NCBI RefSeq assembly: GCF_000400465.1
Contig: NW_008806275.1
Coordinates: forward strand, 249,656 to 311,655
DNA from: Wallemia ichthyophaga EXF-994
Lineage: Eukaryota > Fungi > Basidiomycota
Direction of reading: 5' to 3'
Length of the DNA: 62,000 bases
Of the stretch, positions 49,266 through 60,663 are shown one piece after another. The translations under genes and the position numbers were made by a program. The number at the start of each line of letters is the position of its first letter. Position 1 is the stretch's first letter. The notes under the pieces are model-generated. The model was not told the origin of the DNA. It ran no database searches and saw only the letters and a list, made by a program, of their open reading frames with translations.

Positions 49266-51537
49266 ATGCCGGAATCCAAGTATTATGGGCTGGGCCTGGA
49301 GGACTACGTTGATGGGGACTCGCGGAGTCGGAAGAATGAGTGCGTGATCCAGTGGACTGATTCGTATTCTTCATTTGCTCAACTGCGCATAGATCGATAA
49401 GCTACAGAGGCTGGACTCAGGGCTACGAGACAGACGACTTGATACAGTGAGCAGGCGCAGTATTTGGTAAATCACTCGCTCACGCCACCCAAGCGATCCC
49501 AACCAAAGCAAAGTCTGGTCAGTCTCCGATAAGCGCTGTGAAATGCCTTCTTACGATGCTTCGACAGGGATAGGAGCTACAATTTGGGAAATGTATTCAA
49601 TAGCCGTGCATTCTTCAATGTCGGTTTGCTGGTTCTTACTGTCGTTGGTCTCTTCACACTGTTGTATGTCGTGGTTGCTCTTCGCCGGTGAATACTGACG
49701 CACGATCAGCGCTGGCTATCCTGTCTATTCATTCTACCAGCTATCTCGGCCTATCTACCACCACGGCCAGCACGCTCACTACAACAAGACTGGCCAGATT
49801 CCGTGGACGATGCCTCGACGTGGTTTGATAGATCCAGACACACCCGCAGACAACAGAACGCGAATTGGCACCGATGGCCACATCTATGAGCTTGTCTTCT
49901 CGGACGAGTTCAACGAGGACGGCAGGTCGTTCTGGTCGGGCGATGATCCTTATTGGGAGGCTGGCGATCTGCACTACTGGTCTACTCGCAATTTGGAGGT
50001 TAGTGTTGATCATATCAAGTCGGCGTTACTGATTGTGTTTGCTAGTGGTACTCGCCTAGACAAGTCACGACCAGCGACGGCAGTCTGAGACTAACCCTGA
50101 ATGAAACAAGCTCACATAACCTCGATTTTGAGGGATCCATGTTGACTACTTGTAAGATAGTGTTTATGGCGTCAAAACCTACCCTCTCAAGCGTCCACAG
50201 GGAACAAGTTCTGCTTCACAGGCGGCTACATCTCAGCTAGCGTACAGCTGCCTGGCACGAACGATGTGTGGGGTATTTGGCCGGCATTCTGGATCATGGG
50301 AAATCTCGGTAGGGCTGGCTTTGGCGCAACCTTAGATGGGATGTGGCCTTATACATACGACTCGTGCGATGTGGGAACATTGCAGAACCAGACAATGGGT
50401 AACTATCCAGAGCTGGCCTATACATCAGGTATCGAAGGCAAGGCCCTTTCTTTCCTGCCTGGACAACGCTTGTCTAGGTGCTCATGCGCTAACGAGATCC
50501 ATCCTGGTCCAATGCATGAAGACGGCACTTTCGTCGGACGGTCAGCCGCAGAGATCGACGTCTTCGAGGCTCTGGTTGACCCTGCTATGGAAATGGCACT
50601 GTCATCAATGTCGGGCCAGTTCGCTCCGTTCAATGCCCACTACGACTGGAGAAATGATACTGAGATGTGGCTTAAATACCCTGAACAGGACAAGTATAAT
50701 GAATTCCAGGGCGGTGAATGGCAGCAGTCAACATCTATGAGATTGGTTAACAATCAGAATGCATATGAGAAGTCTGGTGGTGAATATGAGACATATGGTT
50801 TGGAGTATAATCCTGGATACGGCCGGGAGGGCTACATAGCCTGGCATATGGCGAATGAGAACAGATATACAATCTTCGCTGACACTATGAGAGCCGTGCC
50901 CGAGCTAGGTATCAGCGATAGGCATATCTCAGGTGAACCTATGTACATCATTCTCAACAATGGTATATCAAACAATTTCGGTGGTATCAACTGGGAAAAG
51001 CTTAATGGAAGCTGGCCAAACGTTATGTCTATTGATTGGGTTAGAGTGTATCAAAGGCGGGATAGAATTAACCTGGGTTGTGATCCTCCTAGTATGCCCA
51101 CGGCATCTTACATCAATTACTACAAAGAGGCATATACCAATCCAAACTTAACGACCTGGGATCAAATGGGAGAGGCGCCAGTGAAGAATGCCATTTTGAA
51201 TCAGGATGATCCAGAGTGCGAAGCTGCGATGCGATTGGTTCCGGAGGAGCTCATTGGACATGACAACATTAAACCTATTCTTCCTGCCACGCTTAGACCT
51301 CCTATACCAGCGCCGGAAAATCCTGGCCCTCATATTATGCCGCCGATACCACCAACGCCGGACTTCAGCGAGTTACCTCCCGAGGAAAGGCCGGTTGTTT
51401 ACGAATATTTCACGAATCCTCCTCCAATACGCAGACCTGTACACAATCTGGGTCCTCCAGCTCCTCCAAGTATGCCTGATGCACCTCCATTCAGAGTAGA
51501 GAGAGGGGCGGACACAGGGTCAACAATGAAGATATAG
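49266..51537 (+). CDS. KRE6: KRE6/SKN1 beta-glucan synthesis-associated GH16 protein
   Basis: TM then LIDPDTP, YELVFSDEFNEDGRSFWSGDDPYWEA, NKFCFTGG, GIWPAFWIMGNLGRAG, RSAAEIDVFEA, EPMYIILN. Confidence 0.92.
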
Positions 51538-51645
51538 AGCAAGTCAATAACGGTGAACCTCACTAACTCCTTTACATTGGTATATCATATAGGATATATA
51601 CGAGTTTTAAGCATCCCTATCAATCTACAAGCAACATGCATAAGT

Positions 51646-52891
51646 TTACAACAATAATTTAGCGCTAGCTTCGACTTTACACGACCATGGCGTTTGTTTT
51701 GGATTTGTGCTGGTGTTGAAACCCAGCTCGGAAGCCACGATGAATTCATTCTCAATGTGGATGCAGTCTTGAGCTACCAGAGCATCTTCCAATGGTAATG
51801 AGATGAGTGGATGCCTGGATGACACTGCGTTGATGGTGGGTGATTTAGTTACAGCTGGCGTCGGATCAACTTGGACTTGTGTTGATGTGGTTTGGCGTTT
51901 CATGAACTGAATGCCATGGGCAAGGGTCAAATCATCCGTTGTGTCAAGCGCTATAGCCCCTCTAGAAGGATCGCCGCTGGTTATTCTGTGGATGGTTTTG
52001 ATACTGCCGTTGTCATTATACGCCGCAACGTAGTATTCGTCCTCCTTATCTATTCTGTTCTTGTTGAGGAGCTCTAGCAGCTGTCTACACGCGTTGGCGT
52101 TGTTGAGCATGAGTATGATATTGCCAGATGCGTTTGTCACCTTGAGGACATCTGAGAAAGGTGAGTAACCCTCAAAATTGATATTCGGAGCATCTGTTTT
52201 GTTTTCCTCCGTGCTTCCAAAACCAACCAAACCACCGCCAACTATTGCACCACCTGGGAAGGACAATGTATGTACGAAACCAGTCTCGAAAGGCGTATGA
52301 GGGAGAGCAAGGCCTAACTTCTTTGCATGTGGGAATCGCTGGTGGATGGTATGTACGAAATCCTCACTGTTTGGCTCAGTGAAGTAGATGAGAGACTTTA
52401 TAGAGTCTTGACTGAGGTAAGAGTAAGTCTTTGGTCTTTTTATCACGCAACACCCACTTCAAAGGGTCGCCGTCGAGTTGTTGAGGCAGTGCAACACTTC
52501 TCGAACGTCTGCCTGACCAAATACCTACACTTGGATCCGAATTCTTGTCCCATTTGCTGAAATCGGGCAATTCACCCAGCTCATCGTCGTCTATAACGTG
52601 CTTTCTGATCCAGCGGCCGACAGTAGGTGCATTGCGACCGCTGATGGGTGCGTGAAAAGGTATAGCTGTGCTTGGTAATTCAGCGTACGAGAGTGAATAT
52701 ACGTCGTCTACGGAACGCGCTTTGAATGGGTCTGTGAGACAACCTATGGTGTTATCTGATGAGAGAATGGTAGCGAAATTGGGCGTATTCTTGGATATTG
52801 ATAGGAGTTTGTTGCTGCTGCTGCTCTTTAATCCTGTTGCTTGCTTGTGTAGCTGCTCCGCGGACTTTGTGAAGAAGGTTCCAAGTCTCAT
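51646..52891 (-). CDS. FIST-domain-like hypothetical protein
   Basis: Two ORFs joined by introns; TPFETGFVHTL, LKVTNASGNIILMLNNANACRQLL, ITSGDPSRGAIALD resemble fungal FIST proteins. Confidence 0.5.
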
Positions 52892-53206
52892 GTTACTGTG
52901 GCGAATGGTTTGTGAGTATAGTTTGGCTGAGTACCGCTTCTACTTACAACCGCGTATATATCTGCTGGCTTAAATCTGTGCCGATATGCACTCGCTAATC
53001 CTTCAGAGTACAGCGGTTCCCGTGGAAGACAGAGTGCAACGACGGCAACGACGACAACAGCAGGAAGACGCATTGAGAAGAATTGAATAGTTTTACAAGA
53101 GGTTAAATCCAAAAAGTATCACCATTGCTGCTAAATTAGTCTCAGGAATGTGCATTTCGTCATAACGCAGGTGCAATGTGAGATGGGGGAATCGATATTG
53201 CTATTG

Positions 53207-54006
53207 CTAGACAGACTGTACCGTCAACACAGCCACTCTGCCATCCTGAGGTATGTGATGGTTGATGCCGTTGCTGCCAGGCTCAATCAGTCCATCGATC
53301 CACTCGATAGAGGTCCTAAACGAATATCCATTCCCAGATCCTCCAAGCAGGGCTTTGCTGGCCAAGTCGTCGCGTCCCACTGCGAGTATGTTAGATTTAT
53401 GAGTTCAAAACACTCATTCTCATTCTCAGACGCACAATTATATCCATCTTCAAGGATCTTGTGTCTCTCCTTTATCTTCTTCTCTTTACTGACAGCAAGG
53501 AACCAGGCACCTGTGGATGATTGCCTGAATGCTCTAAAATGGTTACCGCCCTGGTACGACTCCCAACACGTACCAAAGTAAGGGAAATAACTCTGTCTCA
53601 GCTCAATGTTTTCCTTAAACCATCCGTGTCCATCCAGGTTAGCAAACTGTTTGCCGCCTATGTGCAAATTTAGGCATTCAGCCGCAAATCCGACAGACTT
53701 GGCGAAATCTAGCAGCCCCTGATTAGATAACACGTGTGGATCCGAATTTGCGGAAATAATAACATTTAGGGGCTCTCCAAAGAACGGTGTAGCTTGCTGG
53801 GCGCTTGTTGAGTCGTGTATCCCTCAAATCGAGCACAGACTCACATCGAGCATCGATCCGCCGAGTGGCCTGGGATCTAAATAACCGACACTGTCTTCGT
53901 CTGGAATTTTCGCGTAGCTGGTAAAGCTGTATAATTGCTCATAATCCAAAACAAACGACCGCGCAATTTGGCTTATCAAGGTTAGAAGCAGCACAAGTTT
54001 GATCAT
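53207..54006 (-). CDS. Conserved secreted fungal protein of unknown function
   Basis: Signal peptide MIKLVLLLTLISQIARS; GYLDPRPLGGSML, GEPLNVIISA, GTCWESYQGGNHFR, GYN/LGRD (spliced), GINHHIPQDGRVAVLTV*. Confidence 0.75.
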
Positions 54007-54128
54007 GGTAAGCCGGAAAGAGAAGCGCGGAGTATAATGGGGCTATGAGATGAATATTACTGCAGTATGTTCTATCATACACAGTCTGCGCTTGAGAATT
54101 ACGCTTGCTCCTTAAAGCCAAACCATCA

Positions 54129-54930
54129 ATGCTGAGAACTTTGGTCAGAGGCGCAGGCAGAGGCAGCACGAAGCCGTTGGTGATTGGTGACGAGACTATT
54201 GATCTGAGGGCCTTTAGAAATACGCCTGGAAAAGGATACGTGCCAGGTAAGCAGGATTTGTGAGGATGCAGCAGCGATGGCTCATACGCACGCGAATCTA
54301 GACAGAAGCAACTTGCAGGGCGAGTCTGCTCTATCAAGTAAGCTGCGCAACAGAACACAGCAGCGTCCTCAACAGAAGAAGCCAGTCCAACAGGAATCTG
54401 GTCAGTTCGACGACGCAGATCACCACGAGCTGCTTAAAACGCTTGGGGATCGCAAGCAGCGTGGTGGCTTAGACAGCAAAGACAGCAAACCACAAGGGAA
54501 GCCACAAAGGCGAGCCAACAACAAGCAAAAAGAGAGACACGAAGAAGAGGGCAAGGATGTGCAAAGGCGAGCAGCTAAGCAACACAACAAGTCTGATAGA
54601 CTGCCTGTCGATATCCCGACGAGAAAGAAGAAAGAAGAACGGAAACCAAAGCTCAAGGAGATTGAAATTGATAGAATGGACTTGTCCGCGTTGGTATTCG
54701 AAAATCACCAATCAGGTCCTCTGCCAACGATCAAGAGGGATGCTAGGCCTACAGAAGTGAGTGAGGACGAGCGTCGTAAGCTGCATATGGAGGCTGTCGG
54801 CGGTGAATACGACAGATATGCCAGATACGACACTCCAGCTCAGAGAGCAATGAGTGCACAGAAGATGATTTCGCTTGACCAAAGACAAGAGATGATGGAC
54901 AACATCAATAGAATTACAAAAGCAGCCTAA
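54129..54930 (+). CDS. Hypothetical protein, possibly mitochondrial
   Basis: MLRTLVRGAGRG presequence-like exon, GTAAGC...TAG intron joins the 54277 ORF in frame. Confidence 0.55.
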
Positions 54931-55343
54931 TTTCGCTGCTCTGCTACGACAAAAGCTGAAATGTAGTCACCGTCGTGGGATATCGATAAATGTAGAAAGA
55001 TAGATGGATTGATACTGTTGTGAATAATTGTTGGCTTGCTGTCCTGCTTGGAAACCTCCAACTGATGCCATGTAGAGCGATACTGAGGGTAAAGGGACTT
55101 GTACGCTGCCTCTTTTGCGGACCATCTGTGCATTGAATGAGATGTGTAAAGCTGAGTAGATCAGACGAACCGGACTCCCAAATACCGCAGCTGTGTGTCT
55201 ATACTGCTATGCGCTGGAAACGAAGACAACTCGCCTGGTGTGAGAATACGTCTGCCGAGCCTCTCGATACCCGCTTTTCTCCTTCCGAGAAGCGTCTCCA
55301 GCCTCGGAAGACACAGCAGATCGACCCCAATGCCCCTTATCAT
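54927..55343 (-). CDS. PPT2: AcpS-type 4'-phosphopantetheinyl transferase (mitochondrial holo-ACP synthase)
   Basis: IRGIGVDLL, R/WSAKEAAYKS, LSISHDGDYISAFVV. Confidence 0.88.
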
Positions 55344-55381
55344 CGCCTGCCTTCTTGACAACGATTCGTCAACAAGACAGC

Positions 55382-56295
55382 ATGTCACGATTTGCAGCCC
55401 AAAACTTTAATGCTAAGGTATATGCAGAGGCGAGACCGAGCTATGTGCCAAAGATATACGAATTGATCCGCGATTTCCACCAAGGGGGGTATGATGCAGT
55501 TGTCGACGCCGGCTGCGGGCCAGGCATGGGGACAGAGGGATTGCTCGATATGGGCTTTAGGGATGTTTACGCTATAGATCCGAGTGAGGTAATGCTCAAT
55601 GAAGGCAAGAAAACCCGCTCTCGAGCTGATGACATCCAATGGATTGTCGGATCCAGCGAGGTTCTCTCCCAGAGGCTGCCGCAGAAGGTGGACATGGTGA
55701 CTTCTTTTGAAGCCGCTCATTGGATGGACCACGCCAAGGTGGGTGCGTACTGTTTCACTTTATTCAGCTTATGATGTCAGACTTGGGAGGAGTGCTTCAA
55801 TGTTCTCAATCCAGGTGGCACAGTTGCACACGTTGTGAGTAAAACGAAACTACGTTGATCACTCTGTGGTATGCTGACGGCGCGCAGATGTACGGTCACA
55901 TACAGCTACTCGGTAACGAAAAGGCCTCTGAACTCATCCTCGACCTAGCCTTCAACAAACTCAAAGCATACTTCAAACCACAGCACAAAGTCGCTTACGA
56001 GCTCATGGACGATATTAGTCCCCCAGCATGGGCATCGCGGGTGGAGAGACACAAGTTCTTAGTGAATCCCAAGGAAGATGAGAACGGCTGTATAATGAAA
56101 AGAGATACTACTCTCGCGGCTCTCGCTAGCCATGTGAACAGCTGGAGTCCAATGGATCAATACAAGGAAGAACACCCCGGAACAACCATCGTGTCTGACT
56201 TTATGGAGGATATGATGCGCGCTTACAACGCTAAAGACGTCGATCATCCGATCACTATGGCTTGGTCAATGGCAGTCTTGCTTGTGTCCAGATAA
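55382..56295 (+). CDS. Class I SAM methyltransferase, Tmt1/Crg1 (trans-aconitate methyltransferase)-like
   Basis: FNAKVYAEARPSY, VDAGCGPG, IDPSEVML, EAAHWMD, VNSWSP...YKEEHP. Confidence 0.8.
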
Positions 56296-56409
56296 CTATG
56301 TATGCGTTTACATCAGCGATTTACCTTGTCGTGAGCGAGATGAATGTCCGCTACATCCTGCACTTCTTTTCTGTGGTGTTGAGCTTAAATTATGCTACTA
56401 AAGTCTTCT

Positions 56410-57310
56410 ATATTCCTTGTTGAACACTGCTATCAACTGATCTGCGTATCGGCTCCACATTTTTGGTGACCTTAAGACAACTTTGAGAGACATGAAAGGG
56501 GTTCAAATGCTCAGTAAGGTGTAATGTAGCACTTCAGAGCTCCGAGGATTACATGGAATTTACTATCGTCAGCCCACCCAGAAAATGGCCAATGAAGTGT
56601 CAAGATGAACACAGCCAAGTCGAATACCGGCAATATATACGAATTAAAAGCATCATTATCTTCGGTGTTTCAGGAGCATCTCAAAGCTACTTCTTTAATG
56701 TCCAATCACCCAAAATACACCGACTTGGAATTAGCACTCTGGCAGCGATCTCCAGCGACTGGCTCAATTACAACTTTGGTGATCTCCAAAACGAAAGAAT
56801 TGATAATAAGCCTTGACTTTACTCTATAAGGCTAGGCTAAAACTAATTCTTTGGGCAGCTATCCCTCCCTAATAGGCATCCGGCCGTTTTTATTCGGCAT
56901 TGCTCTGGAGCACGAAATAGAACAAATACCGAGTTTGTCACTAATTTAATCGATGAAAGTCCCTTTATTGAGCTGTTAGAGACTGTAAGAACTCAAATAC
57001 TCAAGTATTCGTTGATATGAACGCGAAATACGTTTTCCTTCGCGCGGCGTCCACAGCTCTAAATGTGGCTCCAGGGAGAGAGCAAGGTCACTTTCGTCCA
57101 TCAAGCATCTATTGAGATTGATTTTTTGCTTAGAAAAGCGGGAGTAAGCTCGACTCTGAAATCAGCTGTCTGGCTCGACCAGGTGCATTTCGAGATTTGA
57201 AATAGTGGGCGTGGAAGAATTTTCAAGGCTGCTTTGGAATCGCAGAAGTCAGGATTGTAGGAAGGCCTATCCATATATACCAAATTACTCTCCTCGCAAA
57301 ACGCCAAATC
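56410..57310. repeat. Degenerate repeat family copy C
   Basis: Colinear with copy B; minus-strand frame interrupted by multiple stops. Confidence 0.85.
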
Positions 57311-58188
57311 TAGCTAAACGATTACAAAGCGCTAAAAAAAGCTAGTAATCGCAATAACACCTAATTTCCTCTCTCACACCCAATTTCTACAGGATGGTAT
57401 CAAGATCGCTTAACTTTGCAGTCGTCACAGGCTTATGACGTACTCGTCTTTGATATGCCGTATTCAATGAGCGATTTTGTGTGAGTTATTTAAGATTCCA
57501 GCTGGAACAGCATGTTGTAAGCATTTTTAACTCATCAATGACATGAATGTTGGAGATTGTGAGTGACTTTAAGCTGCTGCTGCTAAGATTTTCTAGCTGC
57601 TCGCCATAGTAGTTACAGCTAATTGAACAGTTGCACACATTATGAGTTTTGTCACAAACTAATACACACAGACAGACAGATTTACCTCAACAAACTCTCT
57701 TTTTTATGGTACAATCAAATCAACAGAACTCCGAGTGAAGTGTTCACATACATGCAATTGTTTTAAACATCCCAGCACAGCTTATTAACGGTGAATCAAA
57801 ACCCAATAATGGCGCTGACGTCATTGGTCTAAGACCATGTCTACGACAAATACCCTTACGAGACTTTCCGATTTTTCGTCTACAGGATGGCATATTTGTG
57901 CAGCAAGTGCTAGATTTAGCAATACTATCAGTCATTCGCCCTTTCTTACAACTCCAGGCCCGGGTTTTCTCTGTGAAACAGCCACTCCGGCTCCTCGCTT
58001 AAGTGGTTCCTGAGACTGACAGTATGACGCCAGCGTCTCGAACGAGCTGAACTGCGGTCAAATCTTTCTGTCTCATGTAGAGCATATAAAAGGTTTAATA
58101 TACTCTTTAGCTTCCTCAACAACTTAGTTTAGTTCAAGACAAGACATCGACCGGTTCGACACTCTTTAAAAACACAAAAAGGAACACG

Positions 58189-58598
58189 ATGCAATTCACA
58201 CTCGCTCTCGCTACAATCGTCGCAGCTGCTGCCTCAGTCACTGCTGCTCCACTCAAGAGATCCGGCACTGCCACCTTCTACTACACGTGAGTGAGGTGCA
58301 CTATGTTTGTGCTTACAACTGACAAAAATGCAGTGCAACCGGCAACCGTGGAAGCTGTGGGAGCTACCTCAACGACAGCGACTCAATTGTCGCTGTCTCC
58401 CAAGCAGACATGAACCAAGGTCTTTGTGGCCAGCAAGTCACCATCCAGAACTTGAACAATGGCCAAACTGCCACCGCAACCGTACAGGACACTTGCCCAG
58501 GCTGTGGTTCAGGCGGCTTGGACCTCTCTCCATCTGTCTTCAACCAGCTTGGTAACGCTGCTCAAGGCACCCTTCCAATCACCTACTGGTACAACTAA
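58189..58598 (+). CDS. Secreted RlpA-like / expansin-like protein (copy 2)
   Basis: Same translation as 42724-43133. Confidence 0.9.
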
Positions 58599-58986
58599 GG
58601 TTTCCCTAGTCCAAGTAGATATCAGCTAGCCTGATATCTGCACTGCCTGGAGCACTTTCACGATTATATCACCTGGTGTGACTTGGTATTGAGTACCGCT
58701 GTAGATTTGTAGATTTATAGAACAAAACAGCAATCTGTACTATCAGACACATTCATTAGCACATTCATTGCATTATATAATATAGCATGGGGTTGCTGAG
58801 GTGCTATTAAACTCGCTGTGGCTTTGTATTTCCAATTAGCCATCGCGTTAGTGCTCGAAGCCTATATCAATGGTAATGTGGCAGCAGATCCCAAGTATAT
58901 CACCGTAACTGAAATATTTCATTCTTCCTATTTATCTCCAGCTCATCTCCAATCCTCACAGCCGCCATCAACGCAGTTCTACAACT

Positions 58987-59235
58987 ATGGACCGATTTGA
59001 GCACGTAGTATGTTTTACAATTATAGCAGTCTTTTCTTTACTTTTTAGCATGATAGTACTGATAAATTGCGCATCACATCTGGAATACTCTATTAAGCTC
59101 CTCATCGTCGGCAGTTTTATCACTTGGCCCATGTGTTTTTGGTACATTTTCATAAATCCTGAACGCGTCAAAATTCACTCGTATAGCGTAGATACGCAAC
59201 AAAGTCAGACGCCAAACAAATCCAAAGACATCTAG
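58987..59235 (+). CDS. Small two-TM hypothetical protein (copy 2)
   Basis: Same translation as 42087-42335. Confidence 0.45.
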   Translation: MDRFEHVVCFTIIAVFSLLFSMIVLINCASHLEYSIKLLIVGSFITWPMCFWYIFINPERVKIHSYSVDTQQSQTPNKSKDI

Positions 59236-59679
59236 ACGGACATAATTTGCGCGGTAAATGCTTTAAATTTGGAATAGAAATTTCTCGCATATCTTGAAAC
59301 CATCTGATGTCATTTTACCCTATTCATACCCGTTTCTTGCGTTTCTCGGTCCTTGTCTTCTCTCCGCTCGGCCTGAAAATTACGTGCGATAGATGGATGA
59401 AGAGGACTAATGGACAGGTCTGATGCGTTTATAGATTTATTATGTTTGTCTCTTAATATTTACTCCCCTGTTGAATATAGAAATCACTCAATTTGTGACT
59501 CGGCTCTACACCAATGATGACCTCAGGCGAGTGGGAGTTAGCGGATGCGTTTGAATGTTCAGATGATACGCTGGGAGGCGCTCATAAGCGACAGTAACTC
59601 CATCGAATTTATTCTGCTAAACCTATCCTGCAAATGGTCACAAGGGGCAACAACGATGATTAATAGTACACTATTGAAA

Positions 59680-60310
59680 GGACATTATTTTACGGTATCT
59701 TCTGCATCTCAAATCTATTTTTATATCCTCCACCAATACACTGACCACCAAATTGAACTTTCTCCCTGGCAGCTATCTCAGCGACTGGCTGATTTACGGC
59801 TTTTAATGATCTCCAAATAAAAACGATTCATGGATAGCTCGCAAATTCTCTAAGCCAAGTCGCAATATTATATCCCTGCGACTGCAATCGCGCCAAACAC
59901 GGTGCTCAGAAGGTGCAACTCGATATCGCTCAGTAGCGCGCAATAGGGTAGATACGGAAGATGTAACGCGTTATACGAACGCGTTACATGTTTTTGGTTT
60001 GATTCAGACCAAAATATTCTCTATATATCGAGTCTTCCTGCTATAAAGACGAAACACGGGTTTCGTCGCGTGGCGCCCACAGCTCTAAAATCGGCTCCCG
60101 AGAGAAAGTAAGATCATTTACATTCATCACACATCTATTGAAAACGATCAACGCAGAGAAAAAGGGGAATCAGCTCAACTCTGAAATCGGGGGTCTGGCT
60201 CGAACAGGTGCATTTCAGTATTTGAAATAATGGGCATGGAAGGGTGAACAGGACTGCTTTGAATCGTTGAAATCAGGATAATAGGAATGTGTCCATATAT
60301 ACCAAATACT
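59680..60310. repeat. Degenerate repeat family copy D
   Basis: Aligns with 48270-48850, including a 54-bp identical island. Confidence 0.85.
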
Positions 60311-60663
60311 TACCTGGACACATGTCACAACTGTATGGATGAGCACACATCGCTACGAAATTCTAGGTACGGCAAAATAACTACCGAACTCTCCAAAACC
60401 GCATTCAGTTAATATTCATACTAAAATCGCTCTTGTTTGCAGTACTTAATAAACAAGTAAACGAGAAAGCTCAAGTTCTACGCGAGAAAAGTTTAAAGTC
60501 TCCTTCAAATGAGCCCTTCTCACACTCTGGACACCGGCTAGAGTTGGCAGTATTTGTAGGTCTGCTGGGGCTATTGCGGCTACCTGTCGTGACAGCGGTA
60601 CACTCAAATTGATAGTGTTTTAATAATTATACATGTCATCGGTTTGGAATCGTTAGGCATCGC

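Larger units (their letters stand above)
57771..59661. repeat. Right arm of 1,891-bp inverted repeat
   Basis: Reverse complement of 41661-43551; about seven mismatches seen, all near the ends. Confidence 0.97.

Noticed and set aside
57101-57307. Tc1/mariner transposase relic (VYMDRPSYNPDF resembles PPYSPDLNPIE)
   Set aside because: The motif diverges right after PDF in all copies (DFCDSK/DFNDSK), and I found no other DDE/DDD motifs or TIRs; left as an unknown family.
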